DNA from: Synechococcus sp. UW140 | Lineage (GTDB): Bacteria > Bacteroidota > Ignavibacteria > UBA10030 > UBA8401 | Length of the DNA: 64,000 bases | Direction of reading: 5' to 3' | NCBI GenBank assembly: GCA_943364975.1 | Contig: CALRIY020000004.1 | Coordinates: 5,736 to 69,735, forward strand | Shown: one piece after another, positions 19,132 through 27,291 of the stretch | Numbering within the stretch: the first letter of the stretch is position 1 | How the letters are laid out: every line of letters begins with the position of its first letter | Position numbers and translations under genes: made by a program | The notes under the pieces: model-generated | What the model was told of the DNA's origin: nothing | Seen by the model: the letters and a program-made list of their open reading frames with translations, nothing else | Databases searched by the model: none

Positions 19132-20211
19132 TCACAATTTATTCCGATATGCTAATCCAATCGGCGAATACCGCACGGAAATTCCGGCGATGAACTGGTT
19201 TCGGCTCCCCACCGCCGCAAAGAAGCCGGGTGAGAATCCCCACAGATCGACCACGCCTGGATACAGATTCAGGCGGAGCCGTTCATTGATCCTGTTGGAA
19301 GCCATTGCGGAAAACAGCAGCGAGTTATCGCGGTCATAATAGACTCCGGCCATCCATCCAAGTTCAACGGTCACCGTCCGTGCACCGTTCGTCACATCCA
19401 CCGTGCGGAGCTGTTTCTGCGTTGCGCCGACGGCAACGGTGATGCTCTCTTTGTTCTTCTGCAGGAAGGAGAGTCCGAACAATCCATTGTCCCCGAAATG
19501 ATAGAAGAGACTTGTCCCCGGCGCGAACGAAAGAGGGTAGCGCATCACATAGTACTGACCGTGATTCTCCAGCGTATTGAATTCCGGATTCCATGCCGGC
19601 TGACCGGACCAGGTGGTGGTGTTGAGCGTTGTGCTGAAGAATTCCGCAACGGCATCGGAGGAAAAGAGAAGCGCTCCGCCGAGATCGAACAGATAGATAT
19701 CCGCGATCGGATCGACATTCGGTCCGATGAAGATGTCGTTCTCCACTGCTTCGTTGATGATGTGGTACGCCGCAACGGTCAGTCCGGCAAAGAGTGATGG
19801 GAGCGGAACGTCATGATACGCGTACCACTCCATCATCATCCGTGTATCGACTCCGCCTCCTATCAAGTGGAGCGTGTAATTGGGGAACCACTGAGCCTTT
19901 TCCAGCGAGAGACTGGTGGGGAAGACCTCCTGCCCGATGAATCTGTTCCAGCCGAACTTGTCGATCTGAGTGAACGGATCGGCGAGATTCTTCCAGACAT
20001 TCCGTGCGCCGATGCCGAATTTGATGGTGGAGAGCTGACGGGAGTGCGTGGCGGACTGGAGGATGTCCAATCCTGAATTGATGATGAGCGAGCCGGGGTT
20101 GATGAGGGACTCGGAGCCGAAATTCTTTCCGTGATAGAAATACAATCTCTCCTGAGAACGGAGCGTTCCGGAAAGAAGCAGAAGCAAGAGAAGAAAATGG
20201 CGGAGGTTCAT
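19132..20211 (-). CDS. hypothetical secreted/outer-membrane protein
   Basis: Signal peptide MNLRHFLLLLLLLSGTLRSQ. Aromatic/Gly-rich sequence suggests a beta-rich envelope protein. No family recognised. Confidence 0.55.
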   Translation of the reverse strand: MNLRHFLLLLLLLSGTLRSQERLYFYHGKNFGSESLINPGSLIINSGLDILQSATHSRQLSTIKFGIGARNVWKNLADPFTQIDKFGWNRFIGQEVFPTSLSLEKAQWFPNYTLHLIGGGVDTRMMMEWYAYHDVPLPSLFAGLTVAAYHIINEAVENDIFIGPNVDPIADIYLFDLGGALLFSSDAVAEFFSTTLNTTTWSGQPAWNPEFNTLENHGQYYVMRYPLSFAPGTSLFYHFGDNGLFGLSFLQKNKESITVAVGATQKQLRTVDVTNGARTVTVELGWMAGVYYDRDNSLLFSAMASNRINERLRLNLYPGVVDLWGFSPGFFAAVGSRNQFIAGISVRYSPIGLAYRNKL

Positions 20212-20289
20212 CCGTTCCGAAATATTGGTGATGGTACCAAGATACGATTGAAACGGATGAATTGAAAACCGGAAGTGCGAAAAAAAATG

Positions 20290-20958
20290 TTACGGTTTGC
20301 CGGTCAGATCGAGCATGTGCGTCTCGGAGTTCTTCAGATACGGCTTGAACTGCGGGTCCTCGAGCGACGAGAGTTTCTTGACGATATCCGCCAGACGGTG
20401 GCCGTTGGCCATCATCGTCTCGATATCCTGTTTCAGTTCCCCTTCGCGCGGAGTGCCGATCTTCTTCTTCATCACCTGCAGGGTGAGCATGATGATGCCG
20501 AGAGGATTGTTGATCTCATGTCCGACGGTGATGGCGAGTTCAGTGACCGCTTTTTGATGCTGGAATTTGGAGAGTTCCTGCTGCAGTGCGGTGATGCGCA
20601 GACCGACGTTCACACGGGCGACCAGTTCCTTGTCGTTGAACGGTTTGGTCATAAAATCATCCGCTCCCTGTTCCATTCCTTCGATCTTATCTTCGGCGGA
20701 GTCGCGGGCGGTGAGCAGGATGAAGTATGCGTATTTCAGGTCGGGATGATTCTTGATATGACGGCAGAATTCCGTGCCGTCCATCTTCGGCATCATCCAG
20801 TCGGAGATGATCAAATGCGGCCGTTCTGCTTCGGCGACCTGGAGTCCATGTTCGCCATTCTCAGCAAGATGGACCTCATATCCAAGCGCCGTCAAGCGCT
20901 TTTGGAGGAAGGAGCGGATGTAGTTGTCGTCATCAACGACAAGGATCTTAATTGCCAT
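20290..20958 (-). CDS. response-regulator receiver domain fused to a HisKA-like (DHp) domain, without an ATPase domain
   Basis: REC motifs ILVVDDD, LIISDWMMPKMDG, LLTA, KPF. After a coiled linker there is an H-box ITVGHEINNPL. The protein ends at 222 aa with no N/G1/G2 boxes. Confidence 0.75.
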   Translation of the reverse strand: MAIKILVVDDDNYIRSFLQKRLTALGYEVHLAENGEHGLQVAEAERPHLIISDWMMPKMDGTEFCRHIKNHPDLKYAYFILLTARDSAEDKIEGMEQGADDFMTKPFNDKELVARVNVGLRITALQQELSKFQHQKAVTELAITVGHEINNPLGIIMLTLQVMKKKIGTPREGELKQDIETMMANGHRLADIVKKLSSLEDPQFKPYLKNSETHMLDLTGKP

Positions 20959-20964
20959 AAAAAA

Positions 20965-22635
20965 TCACTCTTGTGCGGGTAATACCGGCTGAACAAATAT
21001 AACTTTTTCCTTATCAAGCGCAACAGTGCCGGCCGGAGCCCCCTTCGGTTTATGGATGAACTTCCGTTCCGTCATCGCTACCGGCACATGCTTGGCATTC
21101 TTCATTTTGCTGTAATAGGCAGCAATGGAAGCAGCCTGTTCGACAGCTTTTTTCGTCGGCGTGCCGTGTCCGGTTCCGATCTTCAGCACGACATGCGAAC
21201 CGCTGGAACCGCGGGCATGGAACCAGAGATCATTCGGTTTTGCGAAGCGAAATGTCAGTAAGTCGTTGTTAACGCTGTTCTTACCGGCGTAGACCGTAAA
21301 ACCGCCCTCCACAGTGAAGATCTTGAACGGCGGCAGTTCTTCCTGTTCTTTTTCCGTCATATATCCGAGTTCTTTGACCATACCGCCGAATGAGTGTATG
21401 AAATTTTTCAGAGAGATACTGTCCGTAATATGGTTAGACTTTTCTAATAAATCATTGACCGATGTCAATCTTTCTTTCAGTTCCGTCAGACGCTGGCGTG
21501 ATTCTTCTTTGGCCGTCTTCGAGCGTTTTGCCTTTTCGAAATACCGTTCGGCGTTCTTCTGGGGAGTGAGCGTTTTTTCAAGCGGGACCGTGACCTGCTC
21601 ACCGTCCGAAAAAGGATTGGTCACCGTTGCAGAGGCATCTCCTTTCGAGAGCTCCGGAAGATGGGCCATGATCAGATTTCCGTACAGCTCGTACTGTTCC
21701 GCGCGGGCGGATTCCGCCAGTTCAGTCTCGACGCTGACGATCGTCCTCGCCGCTTTTTCCGATTCCTTCTTCAGCCACGCGGTGATCTCCTTCTTCTTCT
21801 GCTGGAAATTCTGTGACGAACGTTCGAAGCTGATGAATTTCTGGATCCCCGCGAACAGATCTGGGATCGATTCCATACGCAAGCGGGACAGATGCCGGAG
21901 CGGGATCAGTGAAAGACAAAAGGGATTCCGGTCGTCGAAATAGATGAGCGGTTCCGCTGCTTTGATCGCGAGTACTTCGCGGATGACCTCTTCGGCGGAC
22001 GCATAGACCGCCCGGGTCCGTTCGGACGATTCGGTCGCACGCTCTTTGATCTGGGATCGGAAGATCACTTCCTCCGCAAGGATGGAACCGAGTTTAGGGA
22101 GAGCACTCTTCAGGGAGCGGACCGGATCGCCGTTGCTCTGAAATTTTTCCGAGAACTGATCTAATGAGGGGAGACACTGTTCGATCCCGATTGTGCGGGG
22201 CTCTATCTGCAGCGGACAAACCTGCTGAAACTCCTCTTTCTTGTTCAGGAATGCATCCGTGATGACCCCATCGCCGCCGCAGAGAACAACATTGGCTTTG
22301 GATGCAAACATCTCGATACAGATCCATTGATCGCTCGATGTCTTGAGATAAATGACCCTGTCCGTTGCGCTGAGATAGACCGAATCGATATGTTTGTCGA
22401 TCAACTCGGGGAAAAGATCCACGGAGTTCGTCCTCGAACGGTTGTCACCGTTCTTTGCGAAGATGAAATTATCTCTGGCGTTGCAGGAGATCGTGATGGT
22501 GTGCGGTTCAGGTGAATACAGCAGAAGAGAGAGTGTATTCTTTTCCTGGGAATAGACTTGTGCTATTACAGTCGATTTGAAACGGTCATTCAGCAGCGCA
22601 GCAATATGATACAGCGTAAAATAATTTGATGTCAT
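20965..22635 (-). CDS. rqcH: NFACT-family RNA-binding protein (RqcH/FbpA-like ribosome quality control homolog)
   Basis: C-terminal NFACT-R/DUF814 motif FRFAKPNDLWFHARGSSGSHVVLK, a central coiled coil, and length typical of bacterial RqcH. Start uncertain: 22635 (MTSNYFTL) or 22695. Confidence 0.7.
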   Translation of the reverse strand: MTSNYFTLYHIAALLNDRFKSTVIAQVYSQEKNTLSLLLYSPEPHTITISCNARDNFIFAKNGDNRSRTNSVDLFPELIDKHIDSVYLSATDRVIYLKTSSDQWICIEMFASKANVVLCGGDGVITDAFLNKKEEFQQVCPLQIEPRTIGIEQCLPSLDQFSEKFQSNGDPVRSLKSALPKLGSILAEEVIFRSQIKERATESSERTRAVYASAEEVIREVLAIKAAEPLIYFDDRNPFCLSLIPLRHLSRLRMESIPDLFAGIQKFISFERSSQNFQQKKKEITAWLKKESEKAARTIVSVETELAESARAEQYELYGNLIMAHLPELSKGDASATVTNPFSDGEQVTVPLEKTLTPQKNAERYFEKAKRSKTAKEESRQRLTELKERLTSVNDLLEKSNHITDSISLKNFIHSFGGMVKELGYMTEKEQEELPPFKIFTVEGGFTVYAGKNSVNNDLLTFRFAKPNDLWFHARGSSGSHVVLKIGTGHGTPTKKAVEQAASIAAYYSKMKNAKHVPVAMTERKFIHKPKGAPAGTVALDKEKVIFVQPVLPAQE

Positions 22636-22808
22636 TCTATAAGATACGAAATTTAGGAGTTGCTTTACGAACAGAACCATATAATACTCTGCCACAAAAG
22701 CACAAAAACACTAAGTTTTCACAAAATTTAGTGTTCCTATTATTTACAGAATTTGTGTTTTAGTGTTTTTGTGGCTAAAAGAAATTTTTTTCACCGGAAG
22801 ATTTTCTA

Positions 22809-22837
22809 TTGACAAAAGGATAAAAAAAATATATCTT
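22809..22837 (+). promoter_or_regulatory. sigma-70-like promoter of the tetR gene
   Basis: TTGACA (22809-22814), 17-nt spacer, TATCTT (22832-22837), about 40 nt upstream of the ATG. Confidence 0.4.
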
Positions 22838-22846
22838 TGTTCAGAT

Positions 22847-22865
22847 ACTAAACAACGTTCATAAA
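22847..22865. promoter_or_regulatory. candidate TetR operator O1 (ACTAAACAnnGTTCAT)
   Basis: actaaacaacgttcataaa, with imperfect dyad TAAAC-N3-GTTCA. It is nearly identical to the site at 23507-23525. Confidence 0.45.
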
Positions 22866-22875
22866 TCAGAGAATC

Positions 22876-23487
22876 ATGGGCTCAGCCGAACGAAAAGAGA
22901 GAGAAAAGCACGAAATGCGGGAGTTGATCCTTGCCGCAGCCCGTAAGCTCTTTTTAAAAGAGGGATTCGAGCATGTGACCATCCGCCGCATTGCGGAGGA
23001 GATCGAGTATAGTCCGGCAACAGTCTATCTCTATTTCACGGATAAGGATGCCATCCTCTGTGCACTGCAGGAGGTCGGCTTCAGGGAATTATTCAAGCGT
23101 CAGCAGATGCTCACATCCATCAAACATCCGGCCGAGAAGCTGCGCGCATGCGGCAGGATCTATATGGATTTTGCTATGGAAAATCAGGAACTCTATGACC
23201 TGATGTTCATCATGCGTGCACCGATGAAAGCGTTTGAGTCGCCGTCCGATTGGAATATGGGGAAGGATACATACGAAGTCCTTCAGACGATCATCAAGGA
23301 TTGTATCGATCAGGGATACTTAAAAGCGGAAAGTCCTCAGATCGCATGTTTCTCGTTATGGGCGCTGATGCACGGCGTCGTTTCCATTTTTATCCGGGAC
23401 CGAGCACCAATGATTCCGAAAGAACAACAAGAACATGTCATCAACGGGATCCTCGATTTTACTATGAGTGAGCTTTTGGATAAGTAG
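22876..23487 (+). CDS. TetR/AcrR family transcriptional regulator
   Basis: N-terminal HTH LILAAARKLFLKEGFEHVTIRRIAEEIEYSPATVYLYF; 203 aa. Confidence 0.85.
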   Translation: MGSAERKEREKHEMRELILAAARKLFLKEGFEHVTIRRIAEEIEYSPATVYLYFTDKDAILCALQEVGFRELFKRQQMLTSIKHPAEKLRACGRIYMDFAMENQELYDLMFIMRAPMKAFESPSDWNMGKDTYEVLQTIIKDCIDQGYLKAESPQIACFSLWALMHGVVSIFIRDRAPMIPKEQQEHVINGILDFTMSELLDK

Positions 23488-23506
23488 AGCATTTTTTTTG
23501 CCCGCT

Positions 23507-23525
23507 CACTAAACACTGTTCATTA
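23507..23525. promoter_or_regulatory. candidate TetR operator O2 upstream of the TonB-dependent receptor
   Basis: cactaaacactgttcatta repeats the O1 core ACTAAACAnnGTTCAT, about 63 nt before the receptor ATG. Confidence 0.45.
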
Positions 23526-23587
23526 TAAATACGATTATCATTTCAACACTGCATTCATTAACCATTCAAACAACTTAAAGGAGAATC

Positions 23588-26017
23588 ATGAAAAAAAGAA
23601 CATCACACCGCCACACGATCCTGACGGCAGTCTTCTTTTTTATTTTCGCAACACTCAGTACTGCAGCGCGTGTGAGTGATCCGTCCATCGGAGCAGAAAC
23701 AACAACAAAAGGAAATATTTCCGGGGTGGTGATCGACAAAGAAAGCAAGCAGCCGATCCCGAATGTGAGTGTACAGATCATCGGCACACAGACAGGTACA
23801 TCGACGGACATCGACGGTACATTCATCATCAAAAATGTGGAAGAGGATATTTATAAACTTCAGTACAGCTCCATCGGCTATATGAGGCATATCGAAACGA
23901 ATGTCCGGGTCGTACGGAACAAAACAACGATGGTGAAAGAGATCGAACTGAACGAACAGATCGTAAGCGGTGAAACGGTTGAAGTGACCGCCTCAGTCTT
24001 TTCGTCGGACAATGTTTCGCCGGTAACGAACTATCACTATTCAATGGAGGAGATACGGCGTTCACCCGGTGCAACCGGTGATATTTTCCGAGCGATCGAA
24101 ACTCTTCCGGGGGTGGCGAGCAGCGGCGGTGAGTTCTCCGCATTCTCCGTCCGCGGGGGGAGTCCAAGGGATAATATCGTTGTCGTTGATAATATTCCGT
24201 TCGACAAGGTATCGCACTTCGACGGCGGCACGGAGGAACAGGAGGCGCAGGGGGGACGGTTCAGCATCTTCACTCCCGGTGTGATCGACGAGGCGAATTT
24301 TCAGGCGGGAGGATTCTCGGCACGCTACGGCGGAAAGAATGCATCCTTCGTCGATTTGAAGATCAAAGAGGGGAACAGAGAATCTGCCACGATGAACGGA
24401 ACGTACGATGTGCTGGGATGGGAGTTCAATTACGACGGTCCGTCGTATCTTCAGGGCAAGACATCACTTCTGTTCTCCGCACGTCACCAGAATTTCAGGA
24501 CCATACTTGATATGACGGGACAGAAGGATCTCGGATATCCGAGCTTCACCGATGTTCTGCTGAAGACCACGACCGAGCTCGATTCCCGGAATAAGATCTC
24601 CATTCTCGGCATCTATTCGCCGGAATTCTTCGAGCGGACGATCGATAATGTGTACGAGATCGATGATCAGAAGTACGATAACCAGCTTGCCAGATCATCC
24701 GATACAAAATCTCTCTTGGGACTGAATTGGCGAACACTCACAGGGACATCAAGCGTGCTGGAGAACGCCGTGTATTACCGCGGCAATACGGCGGATTTCC
24801 GCCGGAGCAATTCATATGTCTATCCCTACAACGGCATTGTTCCGAAAAAGGAGGATGCTCACGTCCGGGATGATTATTATAAATACACCAGTGACGAGGA
24901 TGAGATCGGTATCCGCTCTCAATTCACCTATACGCCGACATCCGTCTCATCGATCGCGGTGGGAATTCAGGCAAATAACACAGCATTTTCATACAGTGCA
25001 AAACAAATAATGGCAGAAACACTTTTTGTCTATGACCGGAATGACTTCCGTCCGAACCCGGCGGAGAAGTTCATCATTCTCGATCCTGCCTTCATCAACA
25101 GTACACTCAGCACATCCAAATCGACCGGCGCCGCGTTCGCGGAGTACACCTATTCCCCGAATGAAGTGCTGAAGTTCATCCCAAGCGTGCGGTATGAATA
25201 CAATGGATTCAATGAAAAGAGCTATATATCTCCCAGGTTCAGCGCGAGTTACTTCATCAGTGACAAAACAAAGCTCAGTGCCGCAACCGGAGTCTATTAT
25301 CAGCCGGTGGAACTTCGGACGATCTCGCTGGATGTGAGGAATGCAAAGCTCAAGAACGAACGGTCCATTCATTATATCGTCGGTGTCACAACATATCTGA
25401 CGGATGATGTGAAATTCACGGCGGAGTTCTATCACAAGGACCTGAACGATCTGATCGTTAAAACGGACCGGACGACAGATCTGAGGAAGAATTCCGGCAC
25501 CGGTCAGGCGCGCGGCATCGATTTCGGTCTGGTGAAGAAGTTCACGGACAAGTGGTACGGGCAGATGAATTATTCATATTCCTCCAGCCGCCGGGACAAT
25601 CACGACGGACTGCCGGAATACAATTCCGATTTCGATCAGCCGCATATCTTCAACGTCCTCTTCGGGTATGAGTTGAACAGTGAATGGTCCTTCTCCACCA
25701 AATGGAAATTCGCGACCGGCCGTCCGAAAGATTCGTATGTGCTCAATGCGAATGTGTTCAACGATCCGGGGATGATGCGCTATTCCAAAGAGATCACCGG
25801 CAACAACACGGAACGCCTTCCGGATTTCCATACATGGAACGTCCGCGCGGATTACCGCAAGCAGCTCGGCGATGTTGCCATCGTGGCGTTCCTCGACATT
25901 CTGAATCTCTATAACAGACTGAATGTGAATGAGGAGCGGTTCATCGAAACGACCGGCACGATCGATCCGAAAGGATTCCAGATTCTGCCGTCATTCGGGT
26001 TGAAGTTGGAGTTTTAA
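23588..26017 (+). CDS. TonB-dependent receptor with N-terminal carboxypeptidase-regulatory-like domain
   Basis: Signal peptide; CarbopepD_reg-like GNISGVVIDKESKQPIPNVSVQI...DGTFII; plug region with IEEIRRSPGATGDIFRAIETLPGV; terminal aromatic ...GLKLEF. Confidence 0.85.
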   Translation: MKKRTSHRHTILTAVFFFIFATLSTAARVSDPSIGAETTTKGNISGVVIDKESKQPIPNVSVQIIGTQTGTSTDIDGTFIIKNVEEDIYKLQYSSIGYMRHIETNVRVVRNKTTMVKEIELNEQIVSGETVEVTASVFSSDNVSPVTNYHYSMEEIRRSPGATGDIFRAIETLPGVASSGGEFSAFSVRGGSPRDNIVVVDNIPFDKVSHFDGGTEEQEAQGGRFSIFTPGVIDEANFQAGGFSARYGGKNASFVDLKIKEGNRESATMNGTYDVLGWEFNYDGPSYLQGKTSLLFSARHQNFRTILDMTGQKDLGYPSFTDVLLKTTTELDSRNKISILGIYSPEFFERTIDNVYEIDDQKYDNQLARSSDTKSLLGLNWRTLTGTSSVLENAVYYRGNTADFRRSNSYVYPYNGIVPKKEDAHVRDDYYKYTSDEDEIGIRSQFTYTPTSVSSIAVGIQANNTAFSYSAKQIMAETLFVYDRNDFRPNPAEKFIILDPAFINSTLSTSKSTGAAFAEYTYSPNEVLKFIPSVRYEYNGFNEKSYISPRFSASYFISDKTKLSAATGVYYQPVELRTISLDVRNAKLKNERSIHYIVGVTTYLTDDVKFTAEFYHKDLNDLIVKTDRTTDLRKNSGTGQARGIDFGLVKKFTDKWYGQMNYSYSSSRRDNHDGLPEYNSDFDQPHIFNVLFGYELNSEWSFSTKWKFATGRPKDSYVLNANVFNDPGMMRYSKEITGNNTERLPDFHTWNVRADYRKQLGDVAIVAFLDILNLYNRLNVNEERFIETTGTIDPKGFQILPSFGLKLEF

Positions 26018-26039
26018 TTTTTTGCGGGTCTAATTCCCC

Positions 26040-26221
26040 GCCGCTTGTCCGAAGGACTCCTTCGGAGCGGCGTCATTCCGGCGAAAGCCGGAATCCAGGA
26101 TCTGGATGCCAGCGTACGCTGGCATGACAAGATACCTCGCGGCTTGCCCGCCTGAGGCGGGCTTGCCGCGAGGACATTCATTTTTACCGTGCCAAGCACT
26201 TTCAAAGTGCGTGGCACGCCT
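26040..26221. repeat. largest stem-loop module cluster (REP-like hairpin forest)
   Basis: Five consecutive unrelated hairpins: CGCCGC[TCCGAAGGactCCTTCGGA]GCGGCG, ATTCCGGCgaaaGCCGGAAT, ATGCCAGCGtacGCTGGCAT, CCTCGCGGCtt[GCCCGCCtgaGGCGGGC]ttGCCGCGAGG, CGTGCCA..TGGCACG. They are joined by the words GTCATTCC and GGCATGAC. Confidence 0.8.
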
Positions 26222-26243
26222 TCAATAACTAATGGAGCAATCA

Positions 26244-27182
26244 ATGAATAATCAATTACACGTCATCTTCGGCACCGGTCCTCTCGGAATTTCAGTAATG
26301 AAAGAACTTATCGCACGCGGGAAAAGTGTCCGGATGGTGAACCGTTCGGGAAAAGCCGATGTTCCCAATGGCGTTGAAGTAGTGAAAGCGGATCTCTTGA
26401 AGGGGCAGGGAGTTGATGAAGCGGCAGCCGGCGCATCGGTGATCTACCAGTGTTCCAATCCGCCGTATGACAAATGGCCCGAACAATTTCCGTCGCTGCA
26501 GAGGAGTGTTCTGAACGCTGCAATGAGGGTGAATGCAACAGTGGTGATCGGAGAGAATCTGTACATGTACGGCGATACGCAGGGCGCCCCCTTGACCGAG
26601 GATCTGCCGTATCTCGCGAAGACTCGAAAAGGAACAGTGCGTGCAAAGATGGCGCTCGATGCATTGCAGATGCATCGCGACGGTAAAGTGCAGGTGGTGA
26701 TCGGCCGGGCATCCGATTATTTCGGACCGGGTGTTCTCGCATCGGCGATGGGAGAGAGGGTATTTATTCCCGCTCTGAAAGGGAGGGCAGCGTCACTGCT
26801 GGGGAACATCGATCTTCCGCACACATTTTCGTATATCGGCGACGTGGGGAAAGCGCTCGTGATCCTCGGCGAACATGATGATGCATTCGGGCAAGCCTGG
26901 CATCTTCCGAGTCCGCCGGCACTATCGCAGCGAGCGATGGTCGAGATGGTCTTCTCGCAGCTCGGGAAAGAACCGAAAACACAGTCTGCCGGCAGATGGA
27001 TGATGACGTTCGCCGGTCTGTTCGTCCCCGCAGCGAAGGAGATCGTTGAGATGATGTACGAATTTGAGAAACCGTTCGTGATGGATTCAACTAAATTTAC
27101 ACAGCGGTTCGGAATGCATCCTACAAACTCGGATGAAGCTCTCCGGAATACGATCGAATGGTATCGACATCACATGGAATGA
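26244..27182 (+). CDS. NAD(P)-dependent epimerase/dehydratase-family (atypical SDR) protein
   Basis: N-terminal Rossmann motif VIFGTGPLG. Start at 26244 has GGAG 8 nt upstream; alternative start at 26232. Confidence 0.7.
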   Translation: MNNQLHVIFGTGPLGISVMKELIARGKSVRMVNRSGKADVPNGVEVVKADLLKGQGVDEAAAGASVIYQCSNPPYDKWPEQFPSLQRSVLNAAMRVNATVVIGENLYMYGDTQGAPLTEDLPYLAKTRKGTVRAKMALDALQMHRDGKVQVVIGRASDYFGPGVLASAMGERVFIPALKGRAASLLGNIDLPHTFSYIGDVGKALVILGEHDDAFGQAWHLPSPPALSQRAMVEMVFSQLGKEPKTQSAGRWMMTFAGLFVPAAKEIVEMMYEFEKPFVMDSTKFTQRFGMHPTNSDEALRNTIEWYRHHME

Positions 27183-27291
27183 AACAATGAATCCTTATAT
27201 TCCGATGGACAGACGTTCAATCTGAACAACTGTAACTAACATTGTATATCCATCGTAAATAGGTTCTTTTCAAATCATCAGTAAATTATTT

